DNA of 63,510 bases, filler included, from Platydemus manokwari (GCA_037951405.1; 6 parts of 6 records of this genome joined end to end with filler, not necessarily neighbours in it), one strand, 5' to 3'. Positions 39,301-58,976 are shown, counted from the first letter of the whole stretch. Numbers and translations are program-made. Notes: a model not told the origin generated them from the sequence alone.

Positions 39301-41412
39301 TAACTAACTCATCAACTCATTACATTATTCTCTCACTACATCAGTATAAGCTTAAATGTTTTACTGATATTTGATCAGGAAATGCAACTTTAATACAACC
39401 TCGCTTACGATTCGAATGATTTATGCGGATATGCAATCATTTATTCAAAATAATTAATTTTTTAATCAGCTAAAAACCGGATAATGACCAAAATCCATAA
39501 TCATACCCGGCCTCTTTCATCTCAGAAACCTTTATGCTGCAAAAACACTCAACCATCGCTGAACCTTCATATATTTTAATGACTTGGAAACATTTTTTTG
39601 TAAAATAAAACACGTTTATTGTAAATCCATTAATGAAGAAATATTATAGAATAATTTAGATCCTTGCAAATATATATATTCATATATTTAATATTATGTT
39701 AGATTATTATTAATATTATTATTAAATCACACGGCCAATAGTGAGACATACTTTATTACAACACAATATAATAACATACGAGAATCAAAGTCACGGCGAT
39801 AAAATGAAACCGAAAACGAGTCATGGCCACCAGTGAACCGAGGAGCCGAAATTATTAGTTGATATATCAGGGTGGTTACTAGCTTGCAATTCTTGATGAG
39901 AATCAACGTTTTTAATACATTGTATTATATATGGGAGTTATGTCATGTTGTATATGATTTCCTATTTGTTTGAAACACCAAAACTCTACACAAAGAGTTT
40001 CATTGGTAAATTTTCATCTCTTGTCATTGTGATTTGTACACCATTTATGTTTGTTCTTTTCTGCTGATATGTACCAATGACAATTGAAAAGATCAACTAT
40101 CAAACATTTACAGATCTATGATTGGTTACTTGCAAGTGTGTCCTCTTCAAAAGGGTTGCTACAGAGTTGATAATACTTTTATGTCTAATGGCCACGTCCT
40201 TAACAATTATTTGCAATAATTATCGAATTCCTTGAAAATATTATCTAATATTATCAATCCGAGTTCATACAATTTCTAATGGATTGGTTTGTTAGGCAAA
40301 TGTGATTTTTCTTAAATCAACCAAAACGGGACTCGGACAAGACAATAAAGCGCCCAGAATTATCAACAAGAATAGAAGGTAGTGGTTTTAATTGGATGAA
40401 AGTTTCAATTAAATTACCATTATTAAAGTGCCAAAAGATATTTTTGGGAATCATTTTATTAATTTTGAATGAAAATCGGATTATATTAACAAAGTCATTC
40501 CAGTGCTGGAAAAATTAATCATATCATCAAAAGCATCCAAAACATTTCATGTATTTTTATATAATTTCAATTTATAAATAAAAATTCTTATAATCAAAAA
40601 TAACATGAAATTATAAATAATAAAAATCGAAAACCTAATTTTTCTTTATAATAACACTGATCGCGGTAGGAATTAAAATTTTCGATAATTAATTTTAAAA
40701 GATTTTGAGCCGAATTTTTTGATTGGATAACACAATTCATAAAATGTCCTTCAAATTTCTAGTTAAAAAGAAATATTAGAAAAATTACCAATAAATAAAT
40801 GAAACCTCAATTAATACAGAGCCAGCTTCATTTAATGCTGCAACTCTTTCATTAGCCAGTGGTAGAGATTCGTTATTATGAGAATAAAATATATCATTGA
40901 ATTGTTCAATAGTTATTTCTTTCATAAATTTTGGGTTTGTAAGATCAATTCCATTCTGTAGTAATTATTGACTTATTTGTTAGCTAATTAAACATTACGT
41001 CAATTGCTCTATTAACAGCTGCACAAATTGACCAGTATCCGGTATAAGATTTATCTTTGTAATGCACTGTAAATTTCGAATTATTATTATCAGGCCAAAA
41101 TGAAAAATTAATTGTATCTATGAAAAATATCCTAAATATCTCGAATATATTACATATTATTCGAGTATTTAGTAATCAAACCAAGATATTGCACTTTCAT
41201 TCATAAACTTAGGATTCAAATCATGTTCCTTCCACGATTTTAAACTATAATTACTATTTAAAAATGCCGTTGAAATCTGATTTAATAAATTCATTATTGA
41301 ATATATATATACAAAATGTAACTTCGTTGCACAGTTTATCAACATTTTCGGGATTTATATGAACATAATCAGCATTTAACGAAATAAATTGAGCAGATTC
41401 TTTAGGCAACAT
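36359..41412 (-). CDS. QNG1: Queuosine 5'-phosphate N-glycosylase/hydrolase (queuosine salvage protein, C9orf64/DUF2419), 9 exons, 332 aa
   Basis: Exons 41412-41323, 41276-41182, 41131-40999, 40955-40806, 40758-40635, 39041-38927, 37475-37405, 37361-37294 and 36511-36359 splice (all GT-AG) to 999 nt. Motifs: [84 protein letters not shown] and HRTRTIYY*. Confidence 0.95.
36574..36644. mobile_element. 71-bp piggyBac-type micro-MITE in the last QNG1 intron
   Basis: TTAA|cacattgacggaca ... tgtccgtcaacgtg|TTAA: 14-bp TIRs with one mismatch and a TTAA target-site duplication. Confidence 0.75.
38408..38725. repeat. Dispersed repeat family A (second copy at about 379-730)
   Basis: The blocks gatggaaaat(c/t)ctaggtacaaagtac...tcagca.ctatataag.tga.g.attt.catcacaattcac and agttctcacgttc.(g)gt.agat...gtttgagtta.acgt.cg are shared in the same order and orientation. 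Confidence 0.75.
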
Positions 41413-41535
41413 AGTTTATTCTAATAATTTGATTCTTTATTTAAATGTATGGAATATTATTTAAACAAGGATAATTCTTTATCATAAAAGATTTTTGTAA
41501 TAATAAATTTTATGCTTATCATTTATAAATATTTT

Positions 41536-43186
41536 GGCTTAAGTTTAGAAAAAAGGTCTTTTGATCTACTTCCGTTATAATGAATTTTCGTGTATAATTT
41601 TGTATCTTAATTTCATATATAACCGTTATGTTTGATTTATTCGTATAATTCAGATAATATCTCATTTTTAAAGATGTCTAGTAGTGACAAAACATAGTTT
41701 TAAAACCAATTTTCCATTCTAATCACATCACTTCTTTATGAGTTTTTAAATTTTAATTTTTATAATTATAAATCGAGTTAGTTAATTACAGACATGTGTA
41801 ATAATATCGTTGCTTATTTTTATAAAATAATTGTAAAAATTGAGAATATCTCTCAATTGGTTTCTATTGTTAAAAAAGGGGTCTTCGCTAAATTTTGATA
41901 AAGTGCAATTCGATCTGCTTTTTTCATGATTTCAAATAATTCAATGTTAGGAGATGTGTTAAAGATTGTCGGGTTTTATATATAATAATGATAAGTTCAA
42001 ATTACAAATGCACAATTTGTAAAAAGATAGAGATTAATGCTGTGATAATATTAGATGGATTTTTTGGCAATAATAAATTCCCGAATATGGGCACCCTAGA
42101 TCGTCTACTTATCTGGACTCCAAACAGATAAGAGGTTGTTATTGCTTGAAACACTCTGGTGATTATAATAAAAATAATATTTAAAATATAAATGATAAAT
42201 AATTGAATTAAAATGAACAATACAAAACAAAACAAAACAAAATATATTGATCTACAACTGATAATTGAATTACAATAAATTTAAATCACTCAAGACACTT
42301 TTCGTTATTGTGGGAGGAAAGAGATGTGTAGTCGAGTAAAGAGTAAAGGGCGTATCGCTTAGATGCTCGGGTAAGCCTCTCGTGACAAAAAGTTGAAATT
42401 GGGAAACTTTTTAAGCAGGAACCTATATGATATTAAAAGACCTTAAGACTAAGAATAGCCATGGGTCCGAAAATAATTAAGAATTTACTCGTAGAAATTG
42501 GCATAAACATATCTTCAAGAAAATCTTCGGTTAGAAATTGGCATTCAATAATTAGCTGCGGAATTGAGCTGGTGACGTTCATCCAAGTTTAAAATAAATA
42601 GCTTCTTGCAAAAAGTAGTCGAATATCGTAAATGTGAGTAGTCGAAATTGTGCAAGTGCTGTTTGTTTATGCCAATATATATACTATTTGGTGTCTTATT
42701 GTGAATCATACATCTTGTTGCTATTTTTGGTATTAATAACATTCTATGCTTGGTAACATATGTTGCTAATTTTAGTATATGTACAGCATAGGTTACTATT
42801 TTTAGCCTATTGTGTCTATTTATGGCAACAAGTGTGATTATTTTAGTTTTACGTACACCGTTGGATCTAGTTTTTAGATTTCAATGTTATTTTACCCAAT
42901 GACCTTAATGTCGATTAATTTTGGTGAAGTAAAACAAATTTAAAAATTTTATGAATATTTTTTGTATTTTTTGAAAAAAAAATTAATTTTATTATTTTTA
43001 CTTATTTTATGCTTTGGTTGGGTCAAAATGGATAGATATTTAAGCTCTAGTGTATTTAATATTTGATTTCAAACAACTAAAATTCTTCATAAGTACTTTA
43101 AACTGTTTTTAAAGAATATAATTAAATAACTAATGCACTCAACAAATTTAAAACTTCGTTTAAGGAGCCTTTTTTAAACTTTAGCA
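41536..43186. mobile_element. TIR element of family B carrying an internal insertion of about 1.1 kb (about 41945-43040)
   Basis: Ends ggcttaagtttagaaaaaaggtc and gagccttttttaaactttagca are inverted repeats. The two flanking parts align, inverted, to the uninterrupted copy at 49956-50525. Confidence 0.65.
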
Positions 43187-43920
43187 ATATTTTAATTAAA
43201 TTATTATAAATAACATTCCTAAAACATTTTTTTCACAAATATTTTTTATTTATGCTTGTATTTATTATGGTTTTTATCTATTAATGGTTTTATCAAATAA
43301 CCTCTTTTATGTTTTAATTTGATTTTTTTATATTTATTTGATTATATTTCCTTTTTTATAAAACATTTTATTTTATCAACGACATTATTCAAAGTTTCGT
43401 TTTTATCTATTAACAAATTATCAGAATTACATTTTATATTTTCGAATATATTTACGGATTGAAATTGGGATTTGGAATTGGTAAGAAATTGGAGATTATA
43501 ATTAGTTCCAATTATAATTCCAATTCTTCCAATTTCAGCTTTTTTTGTTTTCTTCCCAGGCTTCTTTCAGACCGAGCAAGTGTTATCATGTGTTATCGAA
43601 TTCTTTGCTCACCAATTTTGATGTAATTCAATATCTTACCGACTCTATTTCAGCATTCTTCGTTTTCCATGGTTCATATGCTTTGACGGTCGTGGTATTT
43701 TCAAACTTTCTTGAAATTTTTATTCCATCAATATTTCTATAAAATTTCCTATGTAATTTCTTAAAATCGATATAGATGATTTAAAATTATTTTAAAAAAA
43801 TCTTATAAAAAACAAACTTATAAAATATTTGCGACAAAGATTGAAAAATAAAAGTGGCACATTTAAAATCTGAAGAACTGTTGGGGTTACTATTTCTTAT
43901 TTTAATGTGAGATATTGAGA

Positions 43921-44013
43921 GATATTAAAGAAGTTATAAAAGAAAATATAAAAACGTAGATGAAAAAAACATATTAAAAGAAGTTATAAAAGAAAATATA
44001 AAAATTTAGATGA
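43921..44013. repeat. Tandem repeat of about 53 bp at contig end (related sequence inverted at about 28855-28960)
   Basis: atattaaagaagttataaaagaaatataaaaa..tagatga occurs twice. Confidence 0.75.
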
Positions 44014-44113
44014 NNNNNNNNNNNNNNNNNNNNNNNNNNNNNNNNNNNNNNNNNNNNTTAATTAATTAANNNNNNNNNNNNNNNNNNNNNNNNNNNNNNN
44101 NNNNNNNNNNNNN

Positions 44114-44180
<67 letters not shown>
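44114..44180. repeat. (AAT)n microsatellite at contig start
   Basis: Read directly from the sequence. Confidence 0.95.
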
Positions 44181-44188
<8 letters not shown>

Positions 44189-47100
44189 AAATAATGTTCT
44201 ATATAAATACATATTACAATAGCAGAGGTTTAAATCAATAAAAAACAGAACCTAACTATTAATTAGATTATATTGATAATTATTAAATGAAAAATTCAAA
44301 ATGAAAATTATCTTATTCGCAATTATCAAATTCAAATTTAAAGATCATCACATTTTTAATTCCTTTAATTATTATCCGAATTATTGCCTTTGATTTTCTC
44401 AGTTCAGATTTCTAACGATAAAGCTCGTTTTAATTCAAATTTCAAAAATCAAAAAATTGAACTTAATTTATATTCTGCTTCGTTGTATTTATTTATATTT
44501 CGTTTATTATCAATGGGGAAAAAATTTAAAACTTTCCCTCCTAGCTAAATAAATGCGACAAAAAATTTAAACATAATATCAAAATGACAGAACCTATTAT
44601 TGAATGATTGAGTGAAATATTTTTGGAACACATTATCGACGAGAGAAGTCAAAATGCTGTGTTGAATGTTAGAATGAATTCTGATATATAATTTACTAAT
44701 TATTGTTGATAAAAATTTTCTTCAATCGATGATGTTTCAGTTTTATTTCTGATGAGAAAATGTATTTTTCAAAAACCAAACATATATGAATTAATATATC
44801 GTTAAATATTAAATTCATTTTTTAGAATATATCTAAGATCTCTCGACATTTATCTACAGGCACCAAATTGATTATCGAATTAAATATTTGAACATTTTAC
44901 AATGGTACTTTACAAGATGTTAAAATTGTTTTTTGTTAGCTTCTAATATGCTAACGATTTGAAGAAAGTCAACCCACAAAAGTATATTTAGCTAAGATAT
45001 TGATACAAATTATTTTAATCCGTTTTTAATTGTTTATTCTACACAAAATGATTAAAATTTATTCATAAAAACTGCAAAATTATTTGCAAACAGTCATTGA
45101 CAAAATGAGAAATCGATATCCTATAAGTTGACCTTGAAATTATAAAATATTTAAGTTTAATTAATAAATACAAATTTAATTTTTTTCCAGATAAGCACTC
45201 TAATGTTTGCGACAGATCTGTTAATATAAAACCAAAATAAAATTTCTACAGATGCACATGACCGAGAAATAATCGATAGTGAATGAGTTAAATTTTGGTT
45301 GGTTTGAAAGAAAGGGTAAATTGTCGATGGTTTATATCATACTGTTGATAAGAGAGGACTTTCAAACCAATTTACGTGTTGTTTAACTGCTTGTAATTGT
45401 CAATGGTTCAGTCACCAATATCCTTTCAATTCTCACATAAAATCTTTCACAAATAATAAAAAAATTTAAAAATTCTTAGCATCGACGATTGTGTTGTGTT
45501 TGTAATTAAGAAAAGATTTTTCTCGATTTCTTTTGATAAAATACTTTCCCAGTAATAAAATAAAGACAAACAAAGCCACCATTAATTAATTAATTATCAC
45601 ACAAAGATTCTCGAATCTATTTCTTACCAACTATAATATATTATAATGACAACTTGCACGACGGCCAAAATTGACGTCTAAAATAGGAAGGTGTAATTAT
45701 TATTTTTAAGTTAAACTTTATTTTCGAAACGTCCGTTGACTAATAAGATCTATTCAAATTTCTTTATAATTCAATTCATTTAATTAGACTGTCTTTTTGA
45801 TAATGTTCTTTGTAAAAACCTTATTAAATTAGAATTTATGAAAAAAACTGATAACAGTCTGCAAACAATCTTTGCTCGGTTTCTTTCGTGCTAGCTATTT
45901 GACAATAAATTCTATTTTTATATTTTGTAAGTTTATTGTTCGTCTATGGGAAATACTATCATCATTATGAAATTATAACAAAAAAAATTCCATTCAAATT
46001 TCCCAGTAAGGTCAGATCTGTATATTTGAATATTGTGTGTGATAAAATATTGGAATTCTATTTCATTCTAAATAAAATATAAAACCAATATTTTACTCAT
46101 TAAATTAAGTAGTACATGTTTATGTACTTAGATTTCATGTTTGACTCTTCACTTTCAAAGAAAGATGATTTCTGACTATTATAAGAATCAATAATTTCGT
46201 ACAGTAATTCTTATTTACCGTCACGGACTTCTTGAATTGACAAAATTTTTTCATAAATTTGCTATTTCCTAAGGAGAGCCATTGTCCCATCCCTCAGATG
46301 CTGTACATTAACCTTTAAAAATATCTTATTTTCTCCTTGTATTAACAACAATTCGTAAATTTTGTACCACATAAAGATCTCTTGTGTAAGTCGCTCACAC
46401 TTGTTATATCTCAAAATAAACGAGAATAAGAAAACATCAAGAGTCTGAAATAAAACAGAGTTTAAAACTCAAATTTTTACATCCTTCATATCTGTTTCCC
46501 CAGATCCCGGACACTCACTCACAATGAAATAAGACAACCAATCAAAGACCAAGAAATACATATACATGTATCATTTGAAAAAAAGTTACTTGAATAAAGT
46601 ATATAAAATTACTGCAATCGACTAACATAACAAACAATTTTCTTGGGTTTTCGTTTATTAAAATGATATTTAAATGTAATAAGACTAATAAGTTGGTTTA
46701 CCATCTTCTAAAAGAATATAAAACTTAGCATCGATATATACGAAACAATGAAGCTTTCTTTATAGTATTAAATTACACACACACGGGTTTGTAACAACGT
46801 TGAAAAATTAACTTGGTTTGTTGACATCAACATAAAAAGTAGTTGAAACTCGAGAACAGTTTCTACAAGTGAAATATAATTATCGATTTTATAGATCACA
46901 ATATAATTGTTGAACATTTTTTAACTTTGTAACAAGAAATATTGATTAAGTATTGATTTATAATTTGCCAAACTTATCTAACTTCAAAATTTACGAAGCG
47001 ATTTTAAATTTCTCAAGATAGATTATAACGTAGTGTTAAGATAAAATATTTTATTACAATAATTTTAATGACCCTTACTAGTTAGGAGGAAATCCTCATT

Positions 47101-49955
47101 AATGAAAAACGTAAGGAAAGGTGAGAGGAAGAATCTTAATAGATTTAAACGCAGCGTACTGATGTAGAAATAGTCTAGGCTTCACATGATGTTTTCAAAT
47201 AACTTTCTGTTGCTTGCGTTGGATGAAAATTTAATTTTAGATAAAAATTTCTTTTATAATTGAGAGTACTAACTAGCGATAATAATTCTTTAAAAGATTT
47301 CACCAGTTTGAAGATATTGATCTAATGTAAGATAATTAATATGAATATTTCGGAAATAACAGTTGTGAGGGATAGTCATAGACAGATAAATGAATCGTTA
47401 TGTCATGGTTACGAGGTATATTTGCTTGTCTGCATGTTGATCAATAGCTGTGTAATTGTTTCATTATCAGTTAATACTTGTCAATATAAACTCCCACCAT
47501 TATAAATGAGATGATTTATGAAGATCATGTCACTTTAATCAATGTATTTTTATATCAAATGTTAAGACCTAAAAATTCAATAATGAGGTGCGGCAATTTT
47601 CGTTTCCTATTTTCTTTATTTTATATCATCTGTTACTAGCCTTCTTCTTATGTTTATTTTTTAGACGTTAATGTTTTAATATTGTTCGATTTTACTTTAT
47701 GGTCAGTCAGTCTTTCAAATAATTTATAAAAACCCCTTTTTAATTTTCTAGATTTAAATATTTTTTGTTTAAATAAATAGTTTTAACAGTTTCTCAAATA
47801 AATTTCCTTTGATATTTATACTATTATCAATTAAATATTTATAATTTTATCAGATGGAAGAACTCCACTTTAAAATGCCACTTAACTTGACTATAGCTTA
47901 TGGTTTTGAAGATCAACTTATATCTCTTAAATGTGAAAATGTGGAAAAGAATCTTTTTGATTTCCTTAAACCATTCATTTTATTACTTCAATTTATTCGA
48001 CTCGTTTTTCTTATCATTGGTTTTTATGAATGAATCTAATCGGATTTCAAATATCACAAATCAAGTTTGGGACAAAACAAGTGTCAAACATTAAGGATTC
48101 CTTAACGAATACATTATCAATGAATAGTATTTCTATCACTATTTCTGATGTTATTCTTGCCGAATTTGAGAGGAAATTATTTTTTAATTTTGTTATTCTT
48201 GCGAAATAATTTATTAAATTAACTCAAATAGAGTATCCTGTTATTTCGAAGAATGTCTAGTTAAAAATTCGTCCATCTTAAATTTAAAATTTTCAGTTAT
48301 TCTCGTCTCTTTTCACCAACAACGGTCTAATAATGAGGCTGGGATTACGATTTATATTTTCTTTTAACATGAATATGATTAGAAGTGAGTTATTTTGAAA
48401 ATTATTTTCTTTCTTGACTATACAATATTTTCATCGGCAAAAATATAATAAGTTCCAACAGAAAACCAAATAATTACCATTGATTAAAATCGATAGTTAT
48501 GTTTTTACTAGAACCAAATTTTAACTAAAAATATAAAAAACTTGTTATAAATAATACACTTTTCTGATTCATTATATTTAATTATAACTAGTACTACAAA
48601 TCCTATTTATTTGTTTCTTATATATTTTTTCCTTCAATTCAACCAATAAAATTTAATTACACCTGTACATGTGATTTTAAAATTTTCGTAACATGAAATA
48701 CATCAACTTTATGTTGTTTTTCTTGTGTGAATTTACTTTTGTACCCCAATAATACACAGATATTTACACATGACAATAAAAAAGCAATTGCCGATCACTT
48801 GTAATTTTCTTTAATTTTATTTTGAAAGTTTTTAGGAAACGTTAATTGTGTTTTATATTTCAATTTTTAAAGAAATAAAACTTATTGGAGTGGTTTTTTC
48901 TTTATCGTTGTAATCACGGTGCGACTAAATACCAAATCATAAAGTAAAATATTAGTTCCTCAAATCCAATCATCAGAAAGAAAGAACAAGCCGTAATACT
49001 GTTATTTTGTTTTGAATTTATGCGATAATATTTCTAAGAATGAAGACATTGTATATAATTAATAATTGCTTCAATTTATCAGTAGTTTTTCGTCGTATGC
49101 CTTTGTAAACATCAAATAAATCTTGTCAAATCTTGGTCCAAATATTCAAAAACATAAAACTCTTGTTTAGTTAATAGAAGTTTATAAAGAAATTTAAAGA
49201 ATTTGAGAAGCAAGTTATAAAATAACAGTATTATAAAAATCGAAGTTCTCGTTATATGATAGGCCACAGTTTGAAGGATTTTTTGTCAATTATTATTCCT
49301 TCTTATTTCAATTTAGAGCAATTTGTTCCGATTTGTGAGGCTAAAAATTCATCTGAATACCAAATTTATATCCCAAAAATGGAAATTTTCATAAATGAAA
49401 TAACTCTGGCATACGTTATTATGACAGTCGAGCCTAATATTTGGAAATATTTTCTAAAGATTTTCAAGAAAAAAAGCAAAGATTGTATCGATGTCTATAT
49501 AGCAGATCTATTTGAGACCATTTATTGAAGTATTTATCATAATTCTCTTCGAAAAAAGATGTTTTCTAAATTTTTTTAAATTCCTTTATAAATTGTTTTA
49601 ATACTAGACATAATATTTCTTTGGCACACAACATTGCGTACACCAATTATCATTACAACAAATTACACAGATATCATACGCACATCCTGGTGTATATACA
49701 ATGAATTTTATTCTCTATATCAGGGTAGCTAGAAAAAGAAATATACACTCAGTTAGTTAGATCTAATTTTTAAGCAAATAAGCATCTTTTCTATTTTGTT
49801 TATAAATGAGTCTTTTTGTTCTTACTCCGTTGAAGTATGAATTTGATATCCAATAATTTCATACTAAATGTTTTTCATCCAATACAATAAAAATCTGAGA
49901 TTGACAAACATTATTAAGTCTATAAAAATAATTTAAGATAAATGCTAGGAATAAT

Positions 49956-50525
49956 GGCTCAAGTTAAGAAAAAGGGTCGTTAAATAAAATTGGTTTGGTG
50001 TATTGCAAAATATTGTATAGTTTATGCCATTATATTCTTTAGAAACATTTTGAACTTTCTATTTAAGTACTTAAGATAAATTTTAGTAGTTTGTAATAAA
50101 ATATTAAATGCGTTAGAGCTTCAAAATTTCAAAAAATTGATTATTTGAAAAATTTATCAAAACAGGTCGGATTGGAATTTACTAAAAATTAGCGAGGGCC
50201 CATTATTTTAACATTAGATACAAATTGAAAGATTCTCCAAATTGTTATTATTATTTTATAAAAATAAGTAATGTCTGTAGTTAACTAACTCGATTGATAA
50301 TTGAAAAAATTTAATTAAAAATCTCAAAAAATCATATAAAAATGTTTTGACTACAATAGAAACTTAATTTCAATCTACTTTATCTTTATTAGAAATCCTT
50401 AAAAGCGAGGTATTAACTAAATTACATGAATTAATCAAGCATGGCAATTATATATAAAATGTCTCATGCGCAAAAATTCATCATTACTAAAGTACCTGAA
50501 AGGGCCAATTTTCCTAACCTACGCA
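49956..50525. mobile_element. MITE of about 570 bp, TIR family B
   Basis: Degenerate TIRs ggctcaagttaagaaaaagggtc / gggccaattttcctaacctacgc. Internal atgtctgtagttaactaactcgatt matches the reverse complement of 41771-41795. A third terminus lies at about 27894. Confidence 0.65.
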
Positions 50526-53500
50526 AAAATTATAATTAATTATCCATTTTTTGAATTAAATGTTATAATTAAACTATAACTCGTGATTATGTATTTATTC
50601 TAAAGGTTTATTAAAATTATAATTCGTGATTTTATTTGATTTAAGATGTTGTAATTACAAATCGAATATTAAAACAATGTCGAAGAGTTTTAATAAATTT
50701 AATTTATTAGTACGAATTTTATAATTGTATCTTAAATTGTTAAAAGAAATCGTAATAATCATTATTTCAACTATGTATTACATTATAATATTTTAAACTA
50801 GATTTCATTTATAAATTTATAATATCAACTAACAGATTAATATTTCAAGAACAAATTCCAAAAAGCATTTGTAACAAAAAACCGTTTCGTAATTGAAATA
50901 TTTCTGTCTACCCAACAGACAATTAATTGATAATACAAATTTATCGAAAATATTTAATTAGTTCAGGTTCTGTTTTAAAAATCCTAAATGAGAAATCGAA
51001 TTCATTTTTCCTATAGATCTTATCTAGATATTTTATTAAAGTCGATATCATAGAAAAGAACGATTAATAACAATTTATGGGCCAATTAAAAATTCAATTT
51101 TTCTCCGCACACAAATAACAACCAGAAACGAAAAAGAATAATGGACTTCAAAATTACAATTTGAAGAAGTTGATAAACTTTTAATTTTTTTTTGAATATT
51201 TTTTTTCATCTCATTTATTTTTTGGATTGACTTTCCGGGAGCTATTTTTACAAGCCACGAAAAACATAAATTATGTTTCTTTATTTTGGAAGTCGTCTTT
51301 TTATGTTCAATTTCGAGTTGAATTTGTTTTTTTTTATTTTCTTGATTTATCAATGATAGTCGATATTATTAATTACGATATTTGAGTACAATTGTTATCT
51401 ACACTTAAGTAGATTCGAAAACATACAAATAATGGGAATATATTTGTTTATTATTAACTGATTAAAATTTATATTTTCTTATTTTTTTTATCCTAAATAA
51501 TCGATATTAATCGTTTTAAATTTTCACAGATAAAAAAGTATTATTAACAGAATTAACCAAAAGATTGGCATTTACGATAAATACTATACAATGAGATTTT
51601 GAATAAATTATGGAATGGCTATGATATAAATATTATGAAACCTCGAATAAAACGGAAAAGGTCTCCGTTGCGTCAATATCAGAAATCAAGATTGGTCGAG
51701 TATTAAAATTGAAAGAGTCCATAAGTTCATTACCTTTGCGAGATATTTCAAATGAATTGGATTTTATATGAATTAAAATTTCAATTCTAATTTAATTCTA
51801 ATTTTATATGAAATCATATTCGCGTAAAATTAAATCTATTGGTTTAAATATTTGTATTAAAATAGATTTGTGGTGTCTTGACTTTTCAGTTCGTTTTTAA
51901 TGTGTGGTTAGTAGTAGTAACCTTAACTACAATATTTACTTTTTAAAGGTTAAAATGCAAGAGAATTTCCCTACATAAATTGTGTTTGGATATTTCGATG
52001 TTTTGTTTGATTTGTAATTTTCGGAATTAGATCGGAAATCGAAAAACAAAAATTACTTAATGTGGATTTTGGAATATTTTTCTTCGATATCTTTCATCGT
52101 CTTATTATCTTTAGAAATTATATTATCAAAAATATAACACTTCCATTAAAGTACTTCTTACATTTCCAATGGCAATACTGTTATTTAGTTATTGTGTCGA
52201 GTCAACCCAATAAGATGTATCATTTAAGTAAAACCTCATTTATTGATTCCAAAAACAATTCATCAACGAGAATCCAAAAATATTACACATCACTAAATCA
52301 ATTTATCTAATTTTCAATACAGTGTTATAAATTTATCTCATATCGACGATCGATAAAAATAATTTCTTAGAACTTTTAGCTGTCAGGAAACGATATCCAT
52401 TTCAACTCTATTGATGTTACCAAATGTCACTGAATAGAAGTATTCTACGTATGATAATTCATTTCATAAAACCAATAGATTCAATAAGTTGATTTGGAAT
52501 TAAAATGTAATAACAGCGAATGAGAGTAAGCGAAGTTTAATAAAGTGGTTGTGGATTCAAATCCACGTTTGTGTGAATTATAAAATGTTAGAGGCCATGA
52601 TTTAAAAATTTTATAAATAATTTCTTACCGTTTTAAATTAAACAAATCATTTAATCTATCTTTAAATAATTTATTTGAGTGTTTTCGTCTAATATATATT
52701 TGTGGATTGACTTTCTTATATTTGGTTTCGGCACGAATTTAATTAAATAGTAGTGGCTTACAATTGGTATATCCTATACTATTTGGTATATCCGTGTATT
52801 ACTTGTTAGGATTGTCAATATTTCGATGATGAAGTATTCAAAATGTGTGTGAATCACGTGAATCAAACCGAACATCTATAATAATTTTTGAAAAAGTGTT
52901 CCGACAAAAATTTTTTGTTAAAAAACAATGAAGCTCGAATGTCAGTGAAAATATTAAAATGCTGAACGAATAAGCCGTTAAAACAAGCATAGTCGGAAAG
53001 TTTTACTGAAGAAAATTTTTTAAAAAGACGCAAATTTTTACATCTTAGCTAAATATTGATTTTTAAATTTTATTTTCTCAAACATGGCGATAAGAAGAGC
53101 TAATATTTGACACAAGCAGAGTTAAAATGATTTGTCTCCGATCAGTTTTATTGAACATTGTTTGCTGAATAAAATATTAATTAAAATGTTATCGGCGTTT
53201 TGTCGAATAGGAAATAAATGGGTTGAAAAACATTAAAATTTCTCGTTGTAGGTTCATCTTTTATACAAAGGATTTTTTATNNNNNNNNNNNNNNNNNNNN
53301 NNNNNNNNNNNNNNNNNNNNNNNNTTAATTAATTAANNNNNNNNNNNNNNNNNNNNNNNNNNNNNNNNNNNNNNNNNNNNAAACATTGAAAAATTTATTA
53401 TTTTCATGAGATTCAAAGTTTTGTAAAATTTTAATAATATGATATCTTGTCTAATATTATTTGTAATATTATAATAACTTTTATTTAATTTTCCTTAAAA

Positions 53501-53869
53501 TTAAAATCCGAATTGAGATTTTCTAAGAAATTCTATCTGTAGTCTTTTAATTTCTCCATTGAATTTTTTGAGATATCAGTCCTATTATTTAAATAACCTA
53601 ATTTCTTCTTATTCTATTCAATTTTCATTTAACTTTCAATGAATTGTAAAATTTATATTTGAAAATATATTTGAAGAATTTAGAACAGAAAATAATCTTA
53701 TTTATTTCGAGACAATTAGTCATAGGCGGTAGAAGCAATATTTACAAAATGCCAAAATATTAACATTATGTTGTTTTGTATTTTGTCTATTTGAAAAATC
53801 GTGTATGTTGATGTGGTTTTGTATTTGATTTAATCTTTTTTTAGTAATTAATAATTTTGTTAATAATGA

Positions 53870-58976
<5,107 letters not shown>

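Noticed and set aside
52551-52566. gtggattcaaatccac, a tRNA T-arm/B-box-like hairpin
   Set aside because: No acceptor, D or anticodon stems could be built.
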